Below, piece by piece: positions 9,544 through 19,293 of a stretch of DNA of 64,000 nucleotides (the stretch's first letter is position 1; each line of letters starts with the position of its first letter). The position numbers and the translations under genes are program-made. Source of the stretch: Spirochaetales bacterium (GTDB lineage: Bacteria; Spirochaetota; JAAYUW01); assembly GCA_012797605.1 (NCBI GenBank), contig JAAZOT010000050.1:4655-68654 (forward strand). Reading direction: 5' to 3'. Below the pieces are notes generated by a model. That model was not told the DNA's origin. It saw only the letters and a program-made list of their open reading frames with translations, and did not search any database.

Positions 9544-10524
9544 ATGCCAGTGAACATGAAGGGAAGAAGTTTTCTGAGACTAATGGATTGCTCACCTTAT
9601 GAAATTGAAATGCTTATCGATATGGCTATCGACTTAAAAAAACAGAAAAGAATTGGAATTTCTGGAAAAAATCTTGAAGGAAAGAATGTTGCCTTAATTT
9701 TTGAAAAGGCTTCTACAAGAACAAGATGCGCTTTTGTTGTCGCTTGTTATGATGAAGGTGCTCATCCAGAATATTTAGGAAAAGATGACATACAACTTGG
9801 TAAGAAAGAAACGGTAAAAGATACTGCTAGAGTTCTTGGAAGAATGTTTGATGGTATTCAGTTCAGAGGTTTTAAGCATGATACAGTTGAACAACTTGCA
9901 AAATATGCTGGAGTTCCAGTATGGAATGGTTTAACCGATAAATTTCATCCAACTCAAGTACTTGCAGATTTTCAGACTGTTAAAGAAAAATTCGGATACT
10001 TAAAAGGAATAAAATTTGCTTATGTTGGAGATGGAAGAAACAATATGGCAAATTCCTTAATGGAAGGTGCGGCAATGGTAGGAATGGATTATAGAATTGT
10101 TGCTCCTACTTCACTTCATCCTGAAAAAGATTTATTAAACGAATGTACTGAATATGCAAAGAAAACAGGTGCTAAAATAACAGTTACAGATAATGTCGCA
10201 GAAGGTGTAAAGGGTGCTGATGTCATATATACAGATGTTTGGGCTTCTATGGGTGAAGAAGATAAGATTCCAGAAAGAATAAAGTTGCTTAAACCTTACC
10301 AAATAACAATGGATATGATTAAAAAGACTGGAAATGATGAAGTTATTTTCTTACATTGTCTACCTTCATTTCACAATAATGAAACAGACCTTTCTAAAAA
10401 ATTTCCAGATATCTGTGAAGCAACAGATGAAGTATTTGAATCAAAACATTCTCTTGTTTTTGATGAAGCTGAAAATAGAGTTCATACCATTAAGGCTATA
10501 ATGATAGCTACAATGGGTAAATAA
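9544..10524 (+). CDS. argF: Ornithine carbamoyltransferase
   Basis: 326 aa with carbamoyltransferase motifs [19 protein letters not shown] and HCLP. Anabolic and catabolic roles cannot be separated from sequence alone. Confidence 0.85.
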   Translation: MPVNMKGRSFLRLMDCSPYEIEMLIDMAIDLKKQKRIGISGKNLEGKNVALIFEKASTRTRCAFVVACYDEGAHPEYLGKDDIQLGKKETVKDTARVLGRMFDGIQFRGFKHDTVEQLAKYAGVPVWNGLTDKFHPTQVLADFQTVKEKFGYLKGIKFAYVGDGRNNMANSLMEGAAMVGMDYRIVAPTSLHPEKDLLNECTEYAKKTGAKITVTDNVAEGVKGADVIYTDVWASMGEEDKIPERIKLLKPYQITMDMIKKTGNDEVIFLHCLPSFHNNETDLSKKFPDICEATDEVFESKHSLVFDEAENRVHTIKAIMIATMGK

Positions 10525-10548
10525 TTATTATTTTTCAATATTAAAAAA

Positions 10549-10580
10549 GGGAACTGCTAAAAATTGCAGTTCCCTTTTTT
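10549..10580. terminator. Rho-independent terminator, bidirectional (argF and the convergent dehydrogenase gene)
   Basis: Stem GGGAACTGC / GCAGTTCCC with an 8-nt loop, flanked by an A-run on the left and TTTTTT on the right. Confidence 0.7.
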
Positions 10581-10719
10581 AATATTTTATTTTTTTAATA
10601 ATTTAAATTTCGCTTTATGAATTCATAATTGGTTTTATGTTAAAATTGATTTTGTATTAATAAATTTGGCTTTTTCATCAAATTCTTTTTCAGTTTTAAA
10701 ATAAATAACTTTGCGAATA

Positions 10720-11649
10720 TTAAAATTTATTAACTTGAAATGTTGTATCATTATTGGCAAAAAAATTAACTATCTGTTTTGCAGCAGCAATCCCTGCATT
10801 ATTATTGGCTTCAACAGTCTGAGCTCCCATCTTCTTCGCTGTAAAAAATACTCTTAAACCGAATTTATCTTCAAACTCTTTTCTATTTGTTGGTGCAACA
10901 TCGGCACAATAATAGAGATCAGATCTTTCTTCAAGTATTTTCATCAAGTCAACTTCATCTACAACTTCTGCTCTTGCTGTGTTTACTACTGTAGCACCTC
11001 TTTTAAGAAGAGATAGTAATTTGTAGTTGATTGACTTTTCCGTTTGAGAAACAAGTGGTAAATGAATAGATACATAATCTGAATTTTTATACAATGATTC
11101 AACAGAATCTACTGGTTCAACTCCGTCATCAAGCATCACTTTTTTATCTATAAAAGGATCAAAAGCAATAATTTTCATTCCAAAACCTTTTGCAATTTTA
11201 GCTACATATTTACCTACATAACCATACGCATGAATACCAATGGTTTTTCCTCTAAGTTCTGTTCCATCCTTTCCAGTATAACCTCTTCTTGCAATATATA
11301 ACATTAGCCCAAATGCAAGTTCAGCAACAGCATTTGAATTCTGACCCGGGGTATTCATTACGACAATTCTTTTTTTTGATGCAGCATCAAGATCTATGTT
11401 ATCATAACCAGCCCCTGCTCTTACCGCAATTTTTAAGTTTTTAGCTGACTCTATAATATCTGCAGTAAGTTTATCTGATCTTACAATTACGGCATCCACA
11501 TCTTTTATTGCCTCTTTTAATTGATCTACGCTTGTATATGATTCTAAAAGGACTGTTTCATAATTTGCTTCATTAAAAACCTTTAATATTGCTTCTACAG
11601 CGGATTTTGCAAACGGTTTTTCTGTTGCAACAAGAATTTTTTTACTCAT
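10720..11649 (-). CDS. D-isomer-specific 2-hydroxyacid dehydrogenase (short SerA-like phosphoglycerate dehydrogenase family)
   Basis: 309 aa with an NAD-binding fold (GIHAYGYVGKYVAKIAKGFGMKIIAFDP). Overall layout matches the D-2-hydroxyacid dehydrogenase family. No ACT domain is present. Confidence 0.8.
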   Translation of the reverse strand: MSKKILVATEKPFAKSAVEAILKVFNEANYETVLLESYTSVDQLKEAIKDVDAVIVRSDKLTADIIESAKNLKIAVRAGAGYDNIDLDAASKKRIVVMNTPGQNSNAVAELAFGLMLYIARRGYTGKDGTELRGKTIGIHAYGYVGKYVAKIAKGFGMKIIAFDPFIDKKVMLDDGVEPVDSVESLYKNSDYVSIHLPLVSQTEKSINYKLLSLLKRGATVVNTARAEVVDEVDLMKILEERSDLYYCADVAPTNRKEFEDKFGLRVFFTAKKMGAQTVEANNNAGIAAAKQIVNFFANNDTTFQVNKF

Positions 11650-11782
11650 AAATTAACTCCTTTTTTTAATAGTGTGGATAAAATGATTGGGACATTATTA
11701 CATTTAAAGATATAAAGTTAAAATAAATTTTTTCAAGAGATTCTTAATTTAATTTTGAAAAAACAAGAAAAATAAAATTAAA

Positions 11783-12820
11783 TTAAGTGATCAAACTATT
11801 CCTTTTCATCTCAACCATTCTAGATTTGGCGTCTAATGAAAGAAATTCAGCTTTATTTAATAAGTTTTTTTCGAATAGATGATAAGCAAGACCTGCTACC
11901 ATTGCACCATTGTCGGAGCATAAATTAAGTGGGGGGAAATATATTTCTATTCCATTATTCTTCAAAATCATAAAACTTTTTCTTATTTCACTATTTGCAG
12001 CAGCACCACCAGAGATTACTAATCTTTTTATACCAGTTTTTTCTAGGGCTTTCATGGTTTTTAATACTAAAGTTTTAGCCACAGCATTTTGAAATGAGGC
12101 TAAAATATCTTCTAACTTTTCATCTTTATTTTGATTTGTCTTATATTTTTTCCTAAAATGAATGACTGCGGTTTTTAGCCCGGAAAAAGAAAAGTTCAAT
12201 CCATATTTTTTGATATCAGCAAGGGCAAGAGGGAAATTGTAAGCATTAGAATTACCATCTTTTGCTAGATTATCTATGATTGGACCACCTGGGTAACCTA
12301 AATCGAAATGTTTTGCTACCTTATCAAATGCCTCTCCGCAAGAATCATCGATGGTCTTACCCAAAATTGTGTAATCTTCAAAAGAATCGAATTTAAAAAG
12401 AGCGGTGTGCCCACCTGATATTAAAAGACCTATAAAAGGGAATTTAATATCATTTTCAAAGAAATTTGAATAAAAATGAGCAATAAGATGATTAATAGGT
12501 ATTATAGGTTTATTATATCGATATGCTAAACCTTTAGCAAAATTCAATCCAACAACAAGTGAACCAATAAGTCCTGGGAAAGTAGTAACTGCAACAGCTG
12601 AAATTTGGGAAATTGGTATTTTAGAGTTAGATATTGCTTTTTCTGTTAAAGAGTAGATGACTTTTAAGTGTTCTCTCGAAGCAATTTCTGGCACAACACC
12701 TTGATATGCTTTATGAGCATCATTTTGAGATAAAGATAATAATGTAAGTATTTTTTTTCCATCTGAAACGATGGAGATTGATGTATCGTCACAAGAAGTT
12801 TCTATTCCAAGTATATTCAT
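11783..12820 (-). CDS. tsaD: tRNA N6-adenosine threonylcarbamoyltransferase TsaD (Kae1/Gcp)
   Basis: 345 aa. The N-terminus MNILGIETSCDDTSISIV and motifs HLIAHFY / GGHT are typical of TsaD. Confidence 0.9.
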   Translation of the reverse strand: MNILGIETSCDDTSISIVSDGKKILTLLSLSQNDAHKAYQGVVPEIASREHLKVIYSLTEKAISNSKIPISQISAVAVTTFPGLIGSLVVGLNFAKGLAYRYNKPIIPINHLIAHFYSNFFENDIKFPFIGLLISGGHTALFKFDSFEDYTILGKTIDDSCGEAFDKVAKHFDLGYPGGPIIDNLAKDGNSNAYNFPLALADIKKYGLNFSFSGLKTAVIHFRKKYKTNQNKDEKLEDILASFQNAVAKTLVLKTMKALEKTGIKRLVISGGAAANSEIRKSFMILKNNGIEIYFPPLNLCSDNGAMVAGLAYHLFEKNLLNKAEFLSLDAKSRMVEMKRNSLIT

Positions 12821-12830
12821 AATAATATAA

Positions 12831-12860
12831 AAGTAGCAGTATGATAAACATCTGCTACTT
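12831..12860 (-). terminator. Terminator-like hairpin between the small ORF and tsaD
   Basis: 9-bp stem AAGTAGCAG / CTGCTACTT with a 12-nt loop. On the minus strand it is followed by TTATATTATT and then directly by the tsaD ATG. Confidence 0.35.
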
Positions 12861-12965
12861 CATAAAAAGCACATTATTTCATTTTTGCAATATTTTTGTA
12901 CCATTTTTCCCCCTTTAATGGTACCTTGAAAAAATAAAATTGATTACCAGTCTTTTTCCGAGATA

Positions 12966-13139
12966 CTATACAACCTTTGTAAAGGTTGAATCTGGATTCT
13001 GTGGGGGGTCTTTCAAGCTCTCTCGAATCACTGTTTGTTGTTCTCTTGTGACATCAAGCATCTTTTTGATAAAGTAAATTTGCGCATTTAAGATGATTCG
13101 AGAGTTTTGATATTCATTTACACCTTCCATGGTTATCAT
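12966..13139 (-). CDS. Small hypothetical protein (57 aa), below the ORF-track cutoff
   Basis: Hand translation: MITMEGVNEYQNSRIILNAQIYFIKKMLDVTREQQTVIRESLKDPPQNPDSTFTKVV. There is a strong AAGGAG RBS 7 nt upstream, plus TATAAT and TCCGATAA boxes further upstream. Confidence 0.4.
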   Translation of the reverse strand: MITMEGVNEYQNSRIILNAQIYFIKKMLDVTREQQTVIRESLKDPPQNPDSTFTKVV

Positions 13140-13163
13140 ATCAAACTCCTTTTCTTATCTATT

Positions 13164-13171
13164 TTATCGGA
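13164..13171 (-). promoter_or_regulatory. Sigma-28-like -10 box TCCGATAA upstream of the 57-aa ORF
   Basis: Minus-strand TCCGATAA lies 24 nt upstream of the ATG. A perfect sigma-70 TATAAT sits at 13183-13188 (minus). No TAAA -35 element occurs at the canonical spacing. Confidence 0.25.
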
Positions 13172-13334
13172 ATATTTACTAAATTATAATAGTGATTTTT
13201 TACTTAGTAAGTTTTTCTTTAATAATTTTTCTTCGATTGTTTCCAATTAAAAAGTTTTTAGTTGCAATATTTTATTAAAATAGTAAAAAAGTGTAAGAAA
13301 TAAATTTTAAGAAGAATAATTTTAAGAGGAACAA

Positions 13335-13955
13335 ATGAATATATTATTAAACAGAAATGAAAATAAGGTTCAAATCGGAAAAGTTGATAATAGTTTTTAT
13401 AAACTACTTTTAACAGTTTTTAAAATATTATTTTATCTTTTAAGCCTTTCTATTAGTTCAAAAATTAAATTTTATATACCTTTTTCACCTGTTCCTTTTA
13501 CATTTCAAATGCTTGTAATTTTCTTTATTATTTTTTCTGAAAATAGGAAATTGGCTTTTTTATCTATTTTATCATACTTGTTATCTGGGTTTTTATCTTT
13601 TCCAGCTTTTGCTCAAAATATTGGATTTCAAGCTTTGCTTGGTCCAACGGGTGGATATATTTTAGGATTTCTATTCACATCTTTTTTAGCTGATGAAAAT
13701 GGAATAAATGTAAAGAAAGAAAAATATTATTATAAAAAATCAAAACAAAATATCTTAACAATTTTGACTATAAAAGGTCTTCTTGCTATTTTCATAGTTT
13801 ACCTTTTTGGTTTTTTAGGTCTTCTGAGATTTACAAATCCTAAAAACGCATTTATTATTGGCATATTACCTTTTATTCTCTTCGATTTATACAAATTAAT
13901 TATTTGCTTATTTATATTTTCTAAATTATACTATAAAAAAGAAATTAAAGGATAA
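13335..13955 (+). CDS. bioY: Biotin transporter S-component BioY
   Basis: 206-aa membrane protein with BioY-like motifs (VPFTFQMLVIFF and LLGPTGGYILGFLF). Confidence 0.65.
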   Translation: MNILLNRNENKVQIGKVDNSFYKLLLTVFKILFYLLSLSISSKIKFYIPFSPVPFTFQMLVIFFIIFSENRKLAFLSILSYLLSGFLSFPAFAQNIGFQALLGPTGGYILGFLFTSFLADENGINVKKEKYYYKKSKQNILTILTIKGLLAIFIVYLFGFLGLLRFTNPKNAFIIGILPFILFDLYKLIICLFIFSKLYYKKEIKG

Positions 13956-13977
13956 GCAATAACGGAACCAAGTTTTG

Positions 13978-14973
13978 ATGAAATCAAAAAAGAGTAATGA
14001 TAATATTTTGAAAGTTTCGGAAGGTAAAATAAAAGTCGATAGTAATCTGATACCTATTGTAAATGGGATAAATGATTCTATAATTCGTTACCTTGAAAAT
14101 CATTTTATGATAGATATTTATATAGGTGATGATGAGTATATAATTCAAGGTTATCCAGAAAAATTATCTTTAATATTAGCTATTTTTGAAAATTTAATTT
14201 CTATAGCGAAGAAAAATGGGCATATACCTTTCGATGAAGTAAGACTTCTTGTCGAACAAGCAGAACAAAACAATTTATTAACATCAGAAAATAGATTAAA
14301 AAATTCTATCAAACTTCAAAGAATTGGCAAGAAAATTGAACCAAAAACAGAAAATCAGATACATTATTTTGAGTCAATGGCAAAATATGACCTTACTATA
14401 TGTTATGGTCCAGCAGGAACTGGAAAAACTTATCTGGCTGTTGGATTTGCCTTACAACAACTTTTTTCAAGCAATTATAAGAGAATTATATTGACAAGAC
14501 CAGTTGTTGAAGCCGGAGAAAAGCTTGGTTTTTTACCTGGAGATTTCATTGAAAAAATTAGTCCTTACTTAAAACCATTATATGATTCCATTTTCGATAT
14601 AGTAGGTTCTCAGACTTATGAATATCTTATTCATTCAGATATAATTGAAATAATACCATTGGCATATATGAGAGGGAGAACCTTAAATGATGCTATCATT
14701 ATCCTAGATGAAGCCCAAAACGCTACTTATTCTCAGTTAAAAATGTTTTTAACCAGAATGGGTTTCCATTCAAAAGTTATAATTACAGGAGATATCACCC
14801 AAATTGACCTTGAAAAGAAAAGTGATTCTGGTCTTTCTTCTATTATAGAATTGTTTAAATCCATAAAAGATATTTCTATAATTGAATTTGAAAAAAAAGA
14901 TATTATAAGGCATAGTCTTGTAAGAAAAATGCTAAATGTTCTAGAAGAATATGAACAAAAAATACAAAAATAA
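13978..14973 (+). CDS. phoH: PhoH-family ATPase
   Basis: Walker A GPAGTGKTYLAV and Walker B IIILDEAQN. The track starts at a TTG at 13975, but the ATG at 13978 is more likely. This is the first gene of the phoH-pgpH-ybeY cluster. Confidence 0.85.
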   Translation: MKSKKSNDNILKVSEGKIKVDSNLIPIVNGINDSIIRYLENHFMIDIYIGDDEYIIQGYPEKLSLILAIFENLISIAKKNGHIPFDEVRLLVEQAEQNNLLTSENRLKNSIKLQRIGKKIEPKTENQIHYFESMAKYDLTICYGPAGTGKTYLAVGFALQQLFSSNYKRIILTRPVVEAGEKLGFLPGDFIEKISPYLKPLYDSIFDIVGSQTYEYLIHSDIIEIIPLAYMRGRTLNDAIIILDEAQNATYSQLKMFLTRMGFHSKVIITGDITQIDLEKKSDSGLSSIIELFKSIKDISIIEFEKKDIIRHSLVRKMLNVLEEYEQKIQK

Positions 14974-17167
14974 TAATAATATATTGCACAAAAAAAATTC
15001 TCAAATTATCATATTTTTTTCATTATATTTTGTCTTTTTAGTTTTTTATATATTATTTGAGATTTTTGTTATTAACAATATCATAATAAATCCAAACATT
15101 AATGATATTGCTAAGGAAGATATAATTATAAATAAAGATATATCTATTGTAGATGAATTAAGCTCTGAAGAAGAAAAGAAAATATTTTTACAGGAAATCC
15201 CTTCTGTATATAATATTTATGATTCTGTTTTTTATCGTCAATGGAATTATTTCGAAAAACTTTTCAATTACATCTCATTAGAAAGACCAATCCCACAAGA
15301 GATAGAAAAGTATATAAAAAGTAAAACAGATTTAACTATTTCAAGTACTAGAGTCATTCCTATTTTAATTCAAATAGCAGATAATCCTTCTCTTATAAAA
15401 TTCTTAAAAACCTTTCTATATAATATTTATAGTAAAGGTGTTTCAAGTTTAAATGAAAATGATTTGGTGACGAATTCAAAAAAGATGATTTATGTTGATT
15501 GGTATAGGCAATTCGATACTATAAGAAAGGAGACTACGACTGAGACATTTATAACAGAAGATAAAAAAGATGAAAAAATCGAAGTGATTTTCAATCAAAT
15601 ATTTGATGGAACAGATTTTGAAAAAAATCTTCTTCCTGATGAAAGGCAGATTTTTTTAGATTTTATAAAAAGCAACTTAAGAGAAAATGTGGTATATGAT
15701 CAACTCCAAAGTGATGAAATAAAAAAAGAAGTCTTAGCAAGCTTTAAACCAAAGACAATTAATTTAACTTCTGGAACAGTATTAGTAAAGAAAGGTGAAA
15801 AAATTAGTGCAGAAAAAAAAAGACTATTAATGCTAATTCAAAAATCAATTAGAAGCAACCTTATAACGATAGTACTATCATCCTTTGCCCTATTAATTTT
15901 TACTGGTTTGATTTTAGCATATTTTCTTTTTAACTTTTCCAATTCTTTCAAATTATATAAAAGATATTCAGTTTATTTTTTTATTCTTCTGTTTTTATCA
16001 TCCTGCTTTTATATCTTATATAAATTAAAATCATTAAGTTTCATTCCATCTTTTTTTATTTTCCCTATTTTACTGTTGATACTTTTAGTTGAGTTTGCTT
16101 ATTCTAAAAAAGAAAAATTTTTAGTATATATCTCACTTATATTTATGCTATTCGTAATGACAAATTTTGATTATATACTTTTATTCTACGGGCTTTTTTT
16201 GTTTACCGCCTTGGTTTCTTTTCCAATACAATTGCATAGTTATAAGAAAACAGTATTTTCAAGAATCGCTTTTTCTTTATTAATAACTATAATTTTTTCA
16301 TTGATGGTAAATCTTTTATTTTCCAAAAATTTCAAAATATTAGATTTATTAATATCGGGGATTTTGAATATTTTTATTTCAATGATATTATTCTTTGGTT
16401 TAACACCAATTTTAGAAAATATCTTTAATTTCCCTACTAATTCAAAACTACTTGAAATATGTGACTTAAATAACCAATTTTTTTCTGATTTTATGCTAAA
16501 AGCACCAGGTACTTACCACCATTCGGTTATTGTTGCAACTTTAGCTGAAAAAGCAGCTGCAAGTTGTAATTGTAACCCATATATCTCTAAAGCTGGCGGT
16601 CTATATCATGATATTGGTAAAATTCGATATTCAAAATATTTTGTTGAAAATCAACATGGAGAAAATCCTACAGTAGAAGTATTAAATCCAAATATGGCTG
16701 TTACAATAATAAAGAATCATGTTAAATATGGTGTTATAGAAGCACAAAAACTTCACCTTCCTAAAGAAGTAATAGACATAATTGAGCAACATCATGGCAC
16801 ATCTTTAATAAGTTTTTTCTATGTCAAAGCACTTGAAAAAAAACTTGAAAATATTGACAAGATCAATTTTTGTTATAACTATCCTAAACCTAAAACAAAA
16901 GAAGCTGCAATTATTATGATTGTCGATTCAATTGAAGCAGCTTCTAGAACATTAAAAAATACAGATAAAAGAAGCATTGAAAAAATGGTTGAAGATGTGA
17001 TATCCAATAAATCTAAAGAAGGGCAATTGGAAGAATCACCTTTAACATTAAAAGACCTTTATTTTATTAAAAATTCTATTATAAATAGTTTGTATTCAAT
17101 GTACCATAATAGGGTAAATTATCCTGATGAAAAAGAACTTAAAAAGTTGGAAGAAGATAATAGATGA
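14951..17167 (+). CDS. pgpH: 7TM-receptor HD-domain phosphohydrolase (PgpH/YqfF family, putative c-di-AMP phosphodiesterase)
   Basis: 738 aa: N-terminal TM, an extracytoplasmic region, about 7 TM helices, then an HD domain (GTYHHSVIVATLAE, LYHDIGK, EQHHG). It holds the conserved position between phoH and ybeY. Confidence 0.8.
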   Translation: MNKKYKNNNNILHKKNSQIIIFFSLYFVFLVFYILFEIFVINNIIINPNINDIAKEDIIINKDISIVDELSSEEEKKIFLQEIPSVYNIYDSVFYRQWNYFEKLFNYISLERPIPQEIEKYIKSKTDLTISSTRVIPILIQIADNPSLIKFLKTFLYNIYSKGVSSLNENDLVTNSKKMIYVDWYRQFDTIRKETTTETFITEDKKDEKIEVIFNQIFDGTDFEKNLLPDERQIFLDFIKSNLRENVVYDQLQSDEIKKEVLASFKPKTINLTSGTVLVKKGEKISAEKKRLLMLIQKSIRSNLITIVLSSFALLIFTGLILAYFLFNFSNSFKLYKRYSVYFFILLFLSSCFYILYKLKSLSFIPSFFIFPILLLILLVEFAYSKKEKFLVYISLIFMLFVMTNFDYILLFYGLFLFTALVSFPIQLHSYKKTVFSRIAFSLLITIIFSLMVNLLFSKNFKILDLLISGILNIFISMILFFGLTPILENIFNFPTNSKLLEICDLNNQFFSDFMLKAPGTYHHSVIVATLAEKAAASCNCNPYISKAGGLYHDIGKIRYSKYFVENQHGENPTVEVLNPNMAVTIIKNHVKYGVIEAQKLHLPKEVIDIIEQHHGTSLISFFYVKALEKKLENIDKINFCYNYPKPKTKEAAIIMIVDSIEAASRTLKNTDKRSIEKMVEDVISNKSKEGQLEESPLTLKDLYFIKNSIINSLYSMYHNRVNYPDEKELKKLEEDNR

Positions 17168-17619
17168 AGCAAAGACTTATGAAAATTTTGTATGATTTTG
17201 AAGACGAAAAGCAGAAAGAATTGGTAACCGAAGTTTTGCCAGATTTTGAAAAAATTATAAGTAAGATAAAAAAATCTATATCTGATATTTATAAAACAGA
17301 AAAGGATTTATCCTTATATTTTGTTAAAGAAAATACCATAAGATTATTGAACTTAAAATATAGAAATATAGATAAATCAACCGATGTGCTTTCTTTTCCA
17401 TCTTTAGATGAAAAAAATTTTCTGGGAGAGATAGTAATATCTTTTGAAAATATAGTCAAAAGATCAGAAATGGAAGATGAAAATATCGAAAATACTTTGG
17501 TATATATGATATTTCATTCATATTTACATTTACTTGGTTATGAACATGATACAGATAAGGATTATGAAATTATAGAAGAAAAAACCGAAGAGCTTTTAGG
17601 GAGGTATAACAATCTATGA
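17164..17619 (+). CDS. ybeY: Endoribonuclease YbeY (rRNA maturation factor)
   Basis: 151 aa with the zinc-binding motif HSYLHLLGYEHD. The start overlaps the upstream stop by 4 nt. Confidence 0.85.
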   Translation: MKQRLMKILYDFEDEKQKELVTEVLPDFEKIISKIKKSISDIYKTEKDLSLYFVKENTIRLLNLKYRNIDKSTDVLSFPSLDEKNFLGEIVISFENIVKRSEMEDENIENTLVYMIFHSYLHLLGYEHDTDKDYEIIEEKTEELLGRYNNL

Positions 17620-18419
17620 ATTTTTTCCGTATGCTTTTTTCAAATAAAAAAGAATCAAAATCAAAAGATGAAGAAATTCCAGATCAAAGTAGTTTAAAAG
17701 ATTTAAAAAAAGAACAGATCAAAATGATAAATGGAATCATTGCTCTATCTGATACATATGCTCATGAGATAATGAAACCAAGAATAGATGTTGACTCTAT
17801 AGACATAAATGAACCTCTTGATAAAATCTTTGATAAAATAATAAATTGTGGTCATTCGAGAATCCCAGCCTATGATGAGTCTATAGACAATATTGTTGGA
17901 GTTCTATATGCAAAAGATTTATTAAAGTATTTTTTCAAAGAGCAAAAAGCAGAAATAAATATAAAAAAAATATTAAGAGAACCATTTTTTATTCCAGAAA
18001 CAAAAAAAGTGTCAGATTTATTGAGAGAATTTAAAGAAAAAAAAGTTCATATTGCCATAGTATTGGATGAATATGGTGGATTTTCTGGAATTGTATGTCT
18101 TGAAGATATTCTTGAGGAAATAGTTGGAGAAATTTTTGATGAATATGATACCGAAGAAAAATTAATAGAAAAAATTTCTGATAAAGAGTATTTAATAACT
18201 TCAAAAATCTCAATCTTTGACTTAAATGAAGAATTAAAACTTTCACTTCCAGAGGATTTGGCTGATACTCTTGGAGGTTTCATAATGGAGAATTTAGGAG
18301 ATATTCCTAAAAAAGGAGATAGTTTTACATATCAAAATTGTGAATTTTCAATTCATTCTATGACTGGATATAAAATAGATAAGGTTCTTCTTAAAATGAA
18401 AGAGCTGGATAATGAATGA
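17616..18419 (+). CDS. CBS-pair plus CorC/HlyC C-terminal domain protein (CorC/TlyC-like)
   Basis: 267 aa with a CBS pair (IMKPRIDV, HSRIPAY) and a transporter-associated C-terminal domain. It overlaps ybeY by 4 nt. Confidence 0.8.
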   Translation: MNFFRMLFSNKKESKSKDEEIPDQSSLKDLKKEQIKMINGIIALSDTYAHEIMKPRIDVDSIDINEPLDKIFDKIINCGHSRIPAYDESIDNIVGVLYAKDLLKYFFKEQKAEINIKKILREPFFIPETKKVSDLLREFKEKKVHIAIVLDEYGGFSGIVCLEDILEEIVGEIFDEYDTEEKLIEKISDKEYLITSKISIFDLNEELKLSLPEDLADTLGGFIMENLGDIPKKGDSFTYQNCEFSIHSMTGYKIDKVLLKMKELDNE

Positions 18420-19215
18420 AGGATTGATAATTGATACTGTAAATTTTGGAGTAAATAATAAAACTGTTTTAATATTTTCTAAAGATTCGATTTTGGAAAA
18501 ATTTTTTATTTATCTTCCAAAAGATAACTTTAATCTTATAGATAAATATAATAGATTGGACTATTTTATGATTATTTCATATGAAGTTCAACGAAAAGGA
18601 AATAGATTTGATTTTGAAATCATAGATGAATTTTTAGGTTTAAAAAAAGATTATAGAAAAATAATTATTAGCGCAATTTTGTCTGATTTATTAAAGAATT
18701 CTTTAGTCGAAGGTGATAAGTCAAATATTGATTATGAAAAAATCCAATTATTTATCGATTTCATGATAAAGGAATTAAATAACGATATAAAAAGTTATTT
18801 TTCATTACTTATTCTATTTATTTATTATCTTATTTCAAATTCTGGAGAGATTAATTTTTCATTTATTGAGAATGATAACAAGATATCTTCCGAATCTAGT
18901 TTGTTTTTTGATATTTATCATTATCAATTTATAGTTGCAAATAAGTTAGATAATGATCCATCAAAGTTTAATCAATCGACGCATGACCAATTAGATTTTC
19001 ATAATCGAAACTATTTTAAATGTCCTCAGCAGATATTATCAATCTTACAATTTAAACCCGCAAGTTTTGATAATATATATTATTACTTTAACAACCTAAA
19101 GAATTATGAGATAAAAATATTAAATAATCTTCTTTTCTTTTTATCAAATTTATTTAAAGTAGCTTATCACAGAAAGAATATTAAATCTTTAGAATTTTTA
19201 AAATATTTAAGTTAA
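18412..19215 (+). CDS. Hypothetical protein, possibly a divergent RecO lacking the Cys4 zinc finger
   Basis: 267 aa with an 8-nt overlap onto the upstream gene. The N-terminus EGLIIDTVNFGVNNKTVLIFSKDS matches the RecO OB-fold start pattern (EGIVLR..YGE..KIV.L), and the gene sits where recO follows ybeY in Firmicute-type operons. Similarity is weak. Confidence 0.4.
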   Translation: MNEGLIIDTVNFGVNNKTVLIFSKDSILEKFFIYLPKDNFNLIDKYNRLDYFMIISYEVQRKGNRFDFEIIDEFLGLKKDYRKIIISAILSDLLKNSLVEGDKSNIDYEKIQLFIDFMIKELNNDIKSYFSLLILFIYYLISNSGEINFSFIENDNKISSESSLFFDIYHYQFIVANKLDNDPSKFNQSTHDQLDFHNRNYFKCPQQILSILQFKPASFDNIYYYFNNLKNYEIKILNNLLFFLSNLFKVAYHRKNIKSLEFLKYLS

Positions 19216-19293
19216 AAAAATATTGCAACAGATAAATTTAAATTCTTACTTTTTTTTGCGTCTATTATAATTAATATGATGGGATTTTATTAA

